Positions 40,006-50,126 of a stretch of DNA of 64,000 nt are shown here, piece after piece (position 1 is the first letter of the stretch; each line of letters opens with the position of its first letter). The stretch lies in NCBI GenBank assembly GCA_963706575.1, contig CAVPNL010000004.1, forward strand, positions 224,001 to 288,000. Reading direction: 5' to 3'. Below the pieces are notes generated by a model. That model was not told the DNA's origin. It made no database searches and saw only the letters and a program-made list of their open reading frames with translations. Origin of the DNA: an uncultured delta proteobacterium (GTDB taxonomy: Bacteria; Desulfobacterota; Desulfobacteria; Desulfobacterales; JAHEIW01). Both the position numbers and the translations under genes were made by a program.

Positions 40006-40983
40006 ATGAGACACCTACCCTTTCCGGAATTCTTAGAGAAATCTCGATGCATCCTTGGCGAGGGTGCCGTTATTGAGCGCCTGCGCCGCAACAGCGAACT
40101 CGACCTTGATCCCCATATCGTTAATTCGGCATTTATCTATGATAAGGAACAGCGTACTGCGATTTCTGGAATCTATCGACAATATCTTGATATTGGCCTC
40201 AAATATAATCTCCCCCTGCTCCTTTCCACCCCAACCTGGCGAGCAAGCCGAGAACGTATTAAAAAAGCGGGTTATGAAAAATCGGACGTGAACGGTGACA
40301 ATTTCCGCCATCTCGATGGAATGCGCAAAAGCTATGGCGAATATGCCAATAAAGTCATCATATGTGGTTTGTTGAGTTGCCGCGGAGACGCATATAATCA
40401 GTCAGAAGCCCTTACATCAAAGGATGCACACAAATTTCACTCATGGCAGGCGAATAGACTCGCAGAAGCAGGAGTGGACTTCCTTCTTGCCGCCACTTTA
40501 CCTGCACTCAGTGAGGCAATCGGCTTGGCAACAGCGCTTGCCGCCACCGGAAAACCGTACATTATGAGTTTTGTGTTTCGCCCTGAAGGCACGCTGCTGG
40601 ATAGTACCCCTTTGAAAGATGCCATTTCCATAATCGATAGTGACGTCAATCCAAAGCCCACAGCCTATATGGCCAATTGCACGCATGCCTCTATTTTTAA
40701 AACCGCCATCATGCACGATACCAATTCGTCTGCCACTGTCAGAAAACGAGTCGCAGGGCTATTGGCCAATACGGCCGCACTTAATCCTGAAGAACTCGAC
40801 GACAGCGATGACCTGATTGAAGAGGACCCTCAAATTTTTGGTCAATCGCTGGCCAGCCTTCATAGTGAATTGGGCATAAAGGTTCTTGGGGGATGCTGCG
40901 GAACTGATGACCGGCATATCGACAATTTAGCAGAAAGACTTGTTTCGGATAATTTTGAGCCTGAACAAAGGGCGCAGTGTTGA
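40006..40983 (+). CDS. Homocysteine S-methyltransferase family protein
   Basis: TPTWRAS, ANCTH, GGCCGTD zinc ligands. Confidence 0.88.
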   Translation: MRHLPFPEFLEKSRCILGEGAVIERLRRNSELDLDPHIVNSAFIYDKEQRTAISGIYRQYLDIGLKYNLPLLLSTPTWRASRERIKKAGYEKSDVNGDNFRHLDGMRKSYGEYANKVIICGLLSCRGDAYNQSEALTSKDAHKFHSWQANRLAEAGVDFLLAATLPALSEAIGLATALAATGKPYIMSFVFRPEGTLLDSTPLKDAISIIDSDVNPKPTAYMANCTHASIFKTAIMHDTNSSATVRKRVAGLLANTAALNPEELDDSDDLIEEDPQIFGQSLASLHSELGIKVLGGCCGTDDRHIDNLAERLVSDNFEPEQRAQC

Positions 40984-41021
40984 GCATGCTCTTAAAGGGG
41001 TTTTGAAACCACTTCTATACT

Positions 41022-42383
41022 TTATAACTTCTCCAAAATCTCCGCCTCGGCCTCTGTAATGGATTGATCCAACAGAGATATCATCTCATCAATCTCTTCT
41101 TTTTTTATAATAAACGGAGGCGCAATTAAAACATGGTCTCCGCGATGGCCATCTACGGTTCCCGCACCCGGATATATGATCAATCCATTTTCAAACGCCT
41201 TTTTCGCAATTAAATTGGCAACGTAACCAGATTCCTCAAAATCAAATGGTTCTCTGGTTTTTTGATTCTTAACAAATTCCATCCCCAGCAAGAATCCTTT
41301 GCCTCGGATGTCTCCCACAATGGCATGTCCGGATAGCGGTTTCAATTGCTCCATCAAGTATCCTTTGAGCTGTTTTACATTTGCGATTAAATTATGCTTT
41401 TGCATATATTCATGTACTTTAACACCTACGGCACCTGCCATGGGAGTGCCGGAATACGTATGCCCCGGAGCGAATATCCCTTTTTTTCCATCTCTCAATA
41501 CGCGATAAATCTTTTCTGATATGACGATACCGGCTAAGGGGTAGTAACCTGCACTGGCGCCTTTAGCAAAGACAATCATATCCGGAGTAACATCCCAATT
41601 TTCAATTCCAAAATTTACTCCCGTACGCCCAAATCCTGTCATGACTTCATCAACAATAAACAATATATCAAACTCATCGCATATTTCTCGGATGATCTTG
41701 TAATATTCTGCAGGGGGGGTTATGGCACCGCCGGCGGCTCCGACAACCGGTTCAGCAATAAATGCGCTAATATATTCCTCACCGATCATTTGAATGGTTT
41801 CCTTTAACCGGTAGGCGCAAGCAACATTGCAAGCAGGATATTCACTTTTTTCCGGGCATCGATAGCAATAGGGTGCGTTTATCTTCGGATATGGCAAAAG
41901 AGAAGTCACAAAATTTTTTCGCCGTGCGACATGTCCGGACATGGATAATGCGCCCATGGTTATCCCATGGTAGCTCAGCCAGCGTGAAATAATCAGCTCT
42001 TTTCTGACCTTATTCCGTTCTAAATAATATTGGTGGGCAATCTTGGCGGCCATCTCGGTGCCCTCGGAACCGCTGGAAACAAAAAAAACCCGATCAAGGT
42101 CTTTTGGCGCCATTTCGGCAATTAGTGCTGCCAGCTTTTCAGTCGGTTCACTCGTAAAATGTGATCTAAAAACATATGCGACTTTCTCAGCCTGGGCAGC
42201 ATATGCTTCACCAATTTCCTTAACGCCATGGCCAATATTACAAACCACCGGCCCTGAGCTCCCGTCAATATAACGTTTACCGGATGAATCATAAAGATAA
42301 ATCCCTTTGCCTTTCTTTACTGTAGGCGCAATTGATCTTAAGTTGTAACGCACAAAATGGCTATCTTCGATATTCTTTTTCAT
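41022..42383 (-). CDS. Class III PLP-dependent aminotransferase
   Basis: SGSEG, SYHG, AEPVVG, DEVMTGFGRTG, FAKG, HTYSG; start at MKKNIED. Confidence 0.93.
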   Translation of the reverse strand: MKKNIEDSHFVRYNLRSIAPTVKKGKGIYLYDSSGKRYIDGSSGPVVCNIGHGVKEIGEAYAAQAEKVAYVFRSHFTSEPTEKLAALIAEMAPKDLDRVFFVSSGSEGTEMAAKIAHQYYLERNKVRKELIISRWLSYHGITMGALSMSGHVARRKNFVTSLLPYPKINAPYCYRCPEKSEYPACNVACAYRLKETIQMIGEEYISAFIAEPVVGAAGGAITPPAEYYKIIREICDEFDILFIVDEVMTGFGRTGVNFGIENWDVTPDMIVFAKGASAGYYPLAGIVISEKIYRVLRDGKKGIFAPGHTYSGTPMAGAVGVKVHEYMQKHNLIANVKQLKGYLMEQLKPLSGHAIVGDIRGKGFLLGMEFVKNQKTREPFDFEESGYVANLIAKKAFENGLIIYPGAGTVDGHRGDHVLIAPPFIIKKEEIDEMISLLDQSITEAEAEILEKL

Positions 42384-42410
42384 AATTAAAAGTCCTTGGA
42401 GCCAATTTAT

Positions 42411-42507
42411 TATTGGGGGATCGGGCCACGCCAACTATTTGACATTATGCACATACATCATAAAATCAAGTTGTTAAGCCTAAAATACGGTCCTTTTTTT
42501 AGCTCTT
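42411..42507 (-). promoter_or_regulatory. Shared promoter-leader module, copy C
   Basis: About 97 bp closely matching 47302-47398. Confidence 0.75.
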
Positions 42508-43228
42508 CCAGAGCGAAGGACGGGGCTTCCGGGGCCATGAGTTGCCTACCGCGGCGAAGCTCGCCAGAGCGAAGACGGGTCGTCTTCGACCACGAGCTGT
42601 CAACGGCTTATTAAAAATACCCCCCTTTCCTGCTTTCCATTCCCAATATTACAAAATGTAGAGTTTCACCTAAAAGAAATCGTTGTGATATACGTGGATA
42701 TCAAAAGTTTTGGTGGGTGGTAAATTCCACCGATATGTTGAAGATATCAAAGTTTTCATAGCAGATCCCATCACCACAATATATGGTATAGCCATATAAT
42801 AAGAAAGACGGGGATTTTTATCCTCAATCCAAGCTTTCTAAATCATATGTTTAATTGAACAATGATAGCCGGATGCTACGATTTTAATATGATCAATTTT
42901 TATGCTAATCAATAAATAATCATATCAACAGTTTATTATGCGTTTGCCCGCCACTGCTTGCCATAATCATCTGATATAACGATTAATATTGACATGTTCT
43001 ATAAATTAACCTATAAAATTTTTCTCCAGTTCTTAGTGAAGCGCCCTATTTCACTTAGCTACCCGTTTTTCCCACTTTGTTAGTAGTTTATTGTTTTATT
43101 GACATTTCATTTCAATAGATTGGTTATCTCACATCGTATCTTAGGGGACTATGAAAGAGCAAATATTAAAATTCCCGTTTTAATGCATCAATGGGAACGG
43201 TATTTCACATAAAAGGGATAATTTTTCT

Positions 43229-46200
43229 ATGAAACCGAAAGTGATGCTGATAGGCGAAGTGGTTATTCGATTCTTTATCATTGCCGGATTCAGCCTTGCG
43301 GTCAGTGCAGGCGCGCAAAACCTGCCTAGTGAAATCGGTGGTGAATATGCACTGGGCAAGAACCTTACGGGAGATGAATGCAAGCTGCGACGAGTCCAGC
43401 CGAGAGATGCGGCGGGCGGTAAAGATGAGAGATACTTGCTCCATTGCGAGGGATGGTCGCAGCCGAGCGGTCGGCTAATCGTGTTGCGGCAAAGAAATTT
43501 CCCGATTGCTAGGTTGCTGGAAAAAAGCCCTTGGGCGCAGAATATCCGGGAATCATGCGAGTGTGAGGAACCAAGGGCGGAAACCAGCATCGAGGGCGTC
43601 GAGGCAATGATGCGAAGCTGCCAGCACAGGCTCGGATGGCGTCAGATGATGTTCGTTGCAAAATACGGACGCGACTTCTACCTCGCAGACTTTCTGCCCA
43701 ATAATGCTCCCCTGATCGAACGAGCCATCCTGGTTTCGATCGGGAAGATGAGTACGGACACCTCGGTTTCTCAGGGAAAACGGATGATCGCCCTTCGAGC
43801 GCTGGAGGAGCTTATCGGAAAAGATACGAATCTTCCCTCGATCAAGGAGATCGGCGACGTCGTCGAGCTGATCAATCTGGCACGCCGGCAGCATGAAGCC
43901 CGGCTTTACCGGCAGTCTGAACTGACATGGCAGCGCGTTTTGAAGACCCAAGAAAGATTGTTCGGAATGAACAGCCCTGCGCTAGCGTTCTCGCTGCTGT
44001 ATATGGCCCATCCAGTCCGACACCAGCGCCGGATCGACGATTCTCTGGAACTCGTAAAAAGGGCCGAGCCGTTGGTTTCAAAGTCCCGAAACCCTGACCT
44101 GATCGCGCGTTATTTCAACGATCTTTCCCTGGACGCACATGAGCGGAGGAATCACGAAGCAGCCGCCGCCTTTGCCGAGAAGGCGATCGCCGCCTTTCCG
44201 GCTGATTATACTGACATGAGCATAAACAGGAGCAGGCGAAGGGGCAGAGGCACGGGGGCGCTGGCACAAGCTTACTATAATCTATCGCTAGCCAAGAGAG
44301 GAACCAACGATTACGCCAGCGCCGAAAAAGCGGTGCGAAAGTCGTTTGAGATGTTTAACAAGCTCGAAGGTTTCGACGGTACCTGGACGAACCGGGGCCG
44401 CATGCTGCTAGTAAGAGTCCTTACGGAGCAGAAGAAATTCGACGAGGCCGAGCGTTACCTGGCCGACGCTCTTCGTTCCGCCGAGAAAATGTACGGCCAC
44501 ACGATCTGGTGGGCCAACGCAAAGGTCCTGGAGGCCAGGTTGGCGGAGGCTATGGCCGATCATACCATGGCCCTGGAAGCTTACCGCGCATTTGCCTCCA
44601 TCGCAGCTCGGGAGGAGTTCTCCTGTTTCTATGGCCCGTGCTTCAGCCCCTACCTGGACTTGCTCACGTCACAGGCCGACTCCGACTCTGAGGCTGCCCA
44701 GGCCGCCCTGCGCGAGGCGTTTTCAGTCGTGCAACTGATGGACTTTCCGGTCGTCAGCACGGCGATCAATCAGCTGGCCGCCCGGGTTAGTGCCGGTGAT
44801 CAGGAGATCTCGGCCTATACGCGCGAACAGCAGGACCTGGCAGAGCGGCAGATCCGCCTGCGGGCGGAATTGATGCAGGAAGCTCTGAAGCCCGAGAAAA
44901 ATCGTTCCACGGAAAAGGAAGACACCATCGAAAGGGAGATCCACCAGATAAGGGTGCAGCTCGAAGAACGCGAGCTGAAGTTGCAGGACCGCTTTCCCAA
45001 GTATGCCCAGCTTGTGACCCGCAAGCCGGTGGATGCGCTGCAGATCGCTGAGGTCCTGCAGCCGGAAGAAGGGCTGCTCTATTTTTCACACGTCGGTGAC
45101 AAGGGCTACACGTTTCTGCTGCATCAAGGACGACTTAAGCTCCATGCAGTTAATCTGCCACAAAGGCAACTCAAGCATAGAGTCGCGGCGTTGCGCGAAG
45201 GACTGACCCTGGATGACGGCAAGTTGCGTCCCTTCGACGCTGCTCTTGCGCATGCGCTGTACCGCGACCTTGTCGGTTCTCTTTTGGATGTCCCGGGTTC
45301 AATCCGTCGGCTGGTGATTATCCCGACGGGGCCGCTGCTCAGCCTTCCGCCGGACGTCATTGTCTCTGCAGCGCCGGAAACGACAGAGAAGACGGAATGG
45401 CTACTCCGCCGGTTCAGCATTTTGGTGGTGCCGGATGTGCGCGCTTTTATGAATCTGCGGCGCATCAGCAAATCCGAGATAACATCTACCGAATTTCTCG
45501 GCGTTGGAAATCCGAGGTTTGCCGCCGAAGCATCCGGAACAACCTCTGCGGGGCGGGTAAAAGATTCAGGCACACAGAATCGGGGGCTTCAAGTCGCCGC
45601 CTCTGATCTAAAACTCCCAAACGATCCCTGCCAGGAAAATTGGAATGTCCGTGAACAGGTTGCCGGCCTGACACCGCTCCCCGAGTCTGCTGAAGAAGTC
45701 CGAGTTATGGCAGCTGAACTTGCTGCCGGCAAAGGCACGCTCCTGCTGGGGGAGAAGGCAACCAAGTCCGAACTTCTCAAAGCAGGCCTGGATACGAAAG
45801 CGATTATCGCTTTCGCCACCCACGGGCTGCTGCCGGAAGATCTTTTCTGCGAAAACGAACCGTCGCTGGCGCTGGCGCCCGGATCTCCCGGCGACTTGCA
45901 GGATGATGGTTTGTTGCGGGCGAGCGAGATCTCCGTCATGCGTCTCAATGCAATTCTGGTGATACTGTCGGCCTGCAACACGGCGGGAGCGGACGGGCAG
46001 CTTGGCGGCGAGAGCCTGTCGGGGCTGGTCAGGGCCTTTTTTTATGCCGGCGCAAGAAATGTGCTTGCGACCCATTGGCAGATCGCGTCTCAACCGACGG
46101 TAGAACTCACGACGGGCATGGCGCAGAAAAAGGCACAGGGGCTCACCTGGCCGGATGCACTTCGTGAGAGCAAGTTGCGCATGATGGACAATCCGGTGAC

Positions 46201-46249
46201 GTCCCATCCCTTCTTCTGGGGCGGATTCAGCCTGGTGGGTGGCGGCTAA
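43229..46249 (+). CDS. Exported TPR-CHAT (caspase-like) protease
   Basis: Signal peptide; TPR-like helices; FATHG and LSACNT catalytic dyad; HPFFWGGF. Confidence 0.9.
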   Translation: MKPKVMLIGEVVIRFFIIAGFSLAVSAGAQNLPSEIGGEYALGKNLTGDECKLRRVQPRDAAGGKDERYLLHCEGWSQPSGRLIVLRQRNFPIARLLEKSPWAQNIRESCECEEPRAETSIEGVEAMMRSCQHRLGWRQMMFVAKYGRDFYLADFLPNNAPLIERAILVSIGKMSTDTSVSQGKRMIALRALEELIGKDTNLPSIKEIGDVVELINLARRQHEARLYRQSELTWQRVLKTQERLFGMNSPALAFSLLYMAHPVRHQRRIDDSLELVKRAEPLVSKSRNPDLIARYFNDLSLDAHERRNHEAAAAFAEKAIAAFPADYTDMSINRSRRRGRGTGALAQAYYNLSLAKRGTNDYASAEKAVRKSFEMFNKLEGFDGTWTNRGRMLLVRVLTEQKKFDEAERYLADALRSAEKMYGHTIWWANAKVLEARLAEAMADHTMALEAYRAFASIAAREEFSCFYGPCFSPYLDLLTSQADSDSEAAQAALREAFSVVQLMDFPVVSTAINQLAARVSAGDQEISAYTREQQDLAERQIRLRAELMQEALKPEKNRSTEKEDTIEREIHQIRVQLEERELKLQDRFPKYAQLVTRKPVDALQIAEVLQPEEGLLYFSHVGDKGYTFLLHQGRLKLHAVNLPQRQLKHRVAALREGLTLDDGKLRPFDAALAHALYRDLVGSLLDVPGSIRRLVIIPTGPLLSLPPDVIVSAAPETTEKTEWLLRRFSILVVPDVRAFMNLRRISKSEITSTEFLGVGNPRFAAEASGTTSAGRVKDSGTQNRGLQVAASDLKLPNDPCQENWNVREQVAGLTPLPESAEEVRVMAAELAAGKGTLLLGEKATKSELLKAGLDTKAIIAFATHGLLPEDLFCENEPSLALAPGSPGDLQDDGLLRASEISVMRLNAILVILSACNTAGADGQLGGESLSGLVRAFFYAGARNVLATHWQIASQPTVELTTGMAQKKAQGLTWPDALRESKLRMMDNPVTSHPFFWGGFSLVGGG

Positions 46250-46543
46250 TGAAAATGATAGGTGTTTTGACTTGTTGAGATGTTAAAAAATATAGAGCTC
46301 GACCTTTCCGAGCACTTCTTGTCATATTACTCTGTGATCAGTACCAAATAACTGGCGTGGTTTAAAAATAGATAGTGTTGATTTTTTGAAATTATGTAGA
46401 ACCCTAGATATTGTGGTTTGCCCAAAACCTAAAAATTGCAGATTAATTGAGAATATCACTAAAACAGAAAATCTGTCGTATCATCTTTGATATTTCGAAT
46501 ATTACAACTTGTTCATGGCTTTAAAAATCTTTGATAAGCTGGA

Positions 46544-46585
46544 GGTATCCAAATAAAAGGCAGAGCCATTGCTGACTCTGCCTTT
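46544..46585 (-). terminator. Shared terminator module, copy 1
   Basis: GGCAGAGTCA..TGGCTCTGCC-TTTTATTTGGATACC. Confidence 0.7.
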
Positions 46586-46667
46586 ATAGTTAGTGATAAA
46601 TTCCAGCTAAAAATTTCCAAAAATATGAAAGTTCATAATTTATATCAGAGCCAATAGATCGCAAAGA

Positions 46668-47252
46668 CTATTCTTTTTTATCTACTTTGGAAAACTTTGC
46701 GCCTTTTAAAGAGATGTCAGCAATGAGACCTTTGGCATCAAATACGAAGCCGACAACGGGGTCTTTTAAAGTCCTTGTATCAGCACGTTCGCCTCCTCCA
46801 ACAGTGAATAAGGCGACATTGCCATCTACACCGGCTTCCCAGCCTTTGCTTGCTCTAAATTGTTTGAGAGCTTCATCTGTCATAAATAAAAGAATAATAT
46901 CTTTAGATTGCCCTCCAATCTGAAAACCGATGGAGCCAGAGATGGTATTATAATAATCAACTGTTTTCCCGCCGACTCGAAGAGCTCCTTCTCCATATTC
47001 ACCGCCTATTATAAATGCCCCCTTTACAACATTGGGCATAACCAGCATTCCTTTAGATGCTTCTACGAACTCCTTGGCCCCTTTAACTTGCTTGTGAAAG
47101 CGTTCGATGGCAGCATCCACGCTGACATCAATTTCCTTTGCGGTTTTTGCATATAGATTACTGGATAAAAAAACACCAATTATCGTGATCAACAAAAAAA
47201 CCCGAATCGACCATTTATTTTTTATGGAATTATTAAACAAGTCTGTGTTCAT
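46668..47252 (-). CDS. Ysc84/SYLF lipid-binding domain protein
   Basis: KGAFIIGGEYGEG, SIGFQIGGQ, GLIADISLKGAK. Confidence 0.88.
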   Translation of the reverse strand: MNTDLFNNSIKNKWSIRVFLLITIIGVFLSSNLYAKTAKEIDVSVDAAIERFHKQVKGAKEFVEASKGMLVMPNVVKGAFIIGGEYGEGALRVGGKTVDYYNTISGSIGFQIGGQSKDIILLFMTDEALKQFRASKGWEAGVDGNVALFTVGGGERADTRTLKDPVVGFVFDAKGLIADISLKGAKFSKVDKKE

Positions 47253-47301
47253 TAGTTTCCTCCCTTTCAAATTTTGCTGATTAAGTAAACTGATCTTTTG
47301 A

Positions 47302-47398
47302 TATTGGGGGGCCGGGCCACCCTAATTATTTGACGTTAAGCCACATAAATCATAAAAGCAAGCCGTTAAGCCTAAAAACGGTTCTTTTTTTAGCTCTT
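47302..47398 (-). promoter_or_regulatory. Shared promoter-leader module, copy D
   Basis: TTGCTT-17-TAACGT-caaataattagggtggcccgg. Confidence 0.75.
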
Positions 47399-47409
47399 TT
47401 TGCAAAATA

Positions 47410-47811
47410 TCAAATCCTTACTACGGGCTGACCCCGTTCGATTTTTTCGACAGTCTCTGAATTGAACGCACCAAATATGTCCAGATTGAGATTCTTTTCC
47501 CAGGAACTGATGTCTGCGCCGATAGCCATCGCCCCCGCGTTTGAAATCAGGACGTCCAGACCGCCTAGCTCATTTCCGGCTTTTTCAATCCACTCTCTCA
47601 GTGCATCACCGTGCGTAATATCCACAGTTCCGCCAAAAGCTGAAACACCTTTTGATTTCGAGGCATTAACAGCTTCGGAGATCTGGTTGCTGTCGCGTGC
47701 GCAAATGACAACATTGCAGCCTTCGCCAGCCAGTGTTTCGGCGATGGCACGGCCAATCCCTCTAGTGCCGCCAGTTACGATAGCCCTTTTTCCGTTTAAT
47801 CGAAGATCCAT
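47410..47811 (-). pseudogene. Truncated short-chain dehydrogenase
   Basis: TGGTRGIG and SNAG present; ends before the YxxxK motif. Confidence 0.75.
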
Positions 47812-47927
47812 ATGCTTGCCTCCTTCAGAGACAGACTGTTCAGAAAATAGGGGCATCGGGGAAAGTTTCCCAAAAAGCACAGTTTAAAATTGAAAACTGA
47901 ATTTCAGCCAAACTTTCTGTTAGGGGA

Positions 47928-48224
47928 CTACCAGAGGCCTATGCCATAGATATTATACTCTGGTTTGGTTTCAAGATGTTTCTCGATAATTTCATTTAGC
48001 CTGATACGGCGTTCGTCCCTCTTCCATTGCTGCCAATGTTCTAAAGATATCCACCTGCCTATCACCAAGCATTCCTCCGGGCGATCTAAGTTCAAAAATG
48101 TTTCGCCTGAAATGTATCCCGGCTGCCTGACCGCAAGAGCTCTTAATTCTACTATGTGAGGCAAAATCACCTTTGCATCAATCCCATGCTTTGTTATTCG
48201 CTTTATTAAAACTCCAATCGCCAT
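47928..48224 (-). CDS. Antibiotic biosynthesis monooxygenase (ABM) family protein
   Basis: QPGYISGET, W.S.EHWQQW. Confidence 0.85.
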   Translation of the reverse strand: MAIGVLIKRITKHGIDAKVILPHIVELRALAVRQPGYISGETFLNLDRPEECLVIGRWISLEHWQQWKRDERRIRLNEIIEKHLETKPEYNIYGIGLW

Positions 48225-48501
48225 GTTCCTCTCCTTTCAATAATTCTTTTATGCTAAGTTAAGAAAAGATTGCCTTTGGAGAAATGGGGTCCGGAGCAGC
48301 ACAGATTCAAGGAATAAAATTCGATAGATGTGTTTGAGGAAAAATTATCAGTTGAGGCTTAGACCTAATATCTCAAGCAGATATAGTACCCTGCTGTGAA
48401 AGTCAAGAACAATAGGATACAATGTGGTGGTTTATGAGAAACAAGAATTTTGGGGTTACTTGTCAATAACACAACTTCACCCAAATTGCATGTATATTGT
48501 A

Positions 48502-48542
48502 GGTATCCAGACAAAAGGCAGAGCCATTTGCTGGCCCTGCCC
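48502..48542 (-). terminator. Shared terminator module, copy 2
   Basis: GGCAGGGCCA..TGGCTCTGCC-TTTTGTCTGGATACC. Confidence 0.7.
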
Positions 48543-48583
48543 TTGTGTGTAACTTATCCACCACAATCTAAATTATTGGTCAA

Positions 48584-48880
48584 TTATCCTTTTAAAGCTT
48601 TTATCATATCATTCACTTGGCTTTCTGTTGCTATCGGAATAACCTTGAAAGTGCAAAATGGTACGTACTGCTGGAGAGAACTCATCACTTCCAACTCAGT
48701 ACCTTCATTTATAGCATATCCATTGGATTCACCAACAAATGATCCCCAGTCCTTTGTTATTCCTTTTTCGATGTCTTGCCTGACCATTGCCATCAACATA
48801 CCCCAGCCTTCACCTCGCTCTTTTGGATCAACCGGAATTTGCGTTTGTACCACTTCCCAGAGAACAAGATATTTTCCCAT
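48584..48880 (-). CDS. Small hypothetical protein (DUF3303-like)
   Basis: KYLVLWE...KDWGSF...GYAI.EG; start at MGKYL. Confidence 0.7.
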   Translation of the reverse strand: MGKYLVLWEVVQTQIPVDPKERGEGWGMLMAMVRQDIEKGITKDWGSFVGESNGYAINEGTELEVMSSLQQYVPFCTFKVIPIATESQVNDMIKALKG

Positions 48881-49330
48881 GACTTTTTTCCTGCCTTTTT
48901 TAATGGGTGAGCATAATTTGCACGGTAATTTATTGGAATCCCCCAACAGGATATAAAATCCCGTCAGGAGCCTGGCATGCATAATTTTAGTGGTTTCTCC
49001 ATTGAATCTTTACCTGATTATTAGGTTAAATTTTAATGGAAACCAGTATCTATTTCAGAGGGAAAATAACTTTTAGATTGGGAATCCGTTCAATGGGTAA
49101 GCAGGAATTTCAGAAAAGAAATTATGAGAACTAACAGTGAGTGTGAGAATCAGCTCCAATCGAGCACAATGTTAAATTTCAAATATTACAGGCACCATTC
49201 AATGTCAATGAAATTCAATCGTTATTGGCGTCGGGCCGCCCTCCGGACTCCATCCTAATTTCACCGGATAATTAATATTTAAGATTTTATTGAATGGTAC
49301 CGATATAAAAAGAAAAAAATGGAGAATAAA

Positions 49331-49717
49331 ATGAAAAAATTTTTACCAATTATCGCATTGTTTTTGATTATCACAGGGTGTTCAACTGTATCTGAGTCAC
49401 CGACAGTCCAACTCAATGTTATAGAAACCTGGACCGGATATGCTAAAGGAAGAGGTGGAGATTGTTCAGATGCCGAGGTCCAGGTTAATGTACTTGACGA
49501 TTACAGTATTATCGGGACGGCACAGGTCACCGATTTCAACATGGTAATACAGCTAAAAGGACAACTATCAGGTGATGGGGAGTTGCGTGCAACAGGATTT
49601 GGAGCTGGAGGGGTTGCGGTCTCATACAAAGGAAATTTTAATGGCGGCTCTGCATCCGGCACATGGATCAGCAGCAGACCCGGTTGTGACGGAACCTGGG
49701 AGTTGGCAAAAAAATAA
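49331..49717 (+). CDS. Lipoprotein, beta-rich
   Basis: Lipobox ITGC; ASGTW...CDGTW. Confidence 0.75.
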   Translation: MKKFLPIIALFLIITGCSTVSESPTVQLNVIETWTGYAKGRGGDCSDAEVQVNVLDDYSIIGTAQVTDFNMVIQLKGQLSGDGELRATGFGAGGVAVSYKGNFNGGSASGTWISSRPGCDGTWELAKK

Positions 49718-50126
49718 TATTCGGACAGGGGTGGAGCGTGGTGCAAATTGCCTGAGGGAAGAAGCGGGGCATCCTTCTCCACCTCCGCCCGAATTTAAGC
49801 CGCTATCTACACATTTCATCCATTCTGGTTATTTCAAAGACCCTGTTTTAATATGCTAATTTATTGTTAGACAGGTCCATGATGCATCTAAATTTCTGAA
49901 TGCTAATGGTGCGGGAATATTCTTTTCGCATTGACAACTGTAACATAAATCATTAAAAACTAAATATAGAAACGACTCTTTCTTTAATCACCGCTGACCC
50001 TTGATTTAGTAAATCTTCCTCTTTTACTACTCTATTTTACTACGAATCGGAAATGCAATGATTAAAAACTGAGTCTTTTCTCCTCAATATTCCAAACTAA
50101 TTTTACTGACAACTGATGATATTCTT

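Noticed and set aside
40975..40995. Selenocysteine read-through (C-TGA-A-C) at the end of the methyltransferase
   Set aside because: The domain is already complete and I see no convincing SECIS hairpin.
33243..41017. TAGAAGTGGT / ACCACTTCTA as ends of a 7.8-kb composite transposon
   Set aside because: Only a 10-bp match, no transposase and no clear target duplication.
42411..42440. GGGCCACGCCA as a tRNA 3' end or att site
   Set aside because: No T-arm or cloverleaf, other copies lose the CCA, and there is no integrase in the window.
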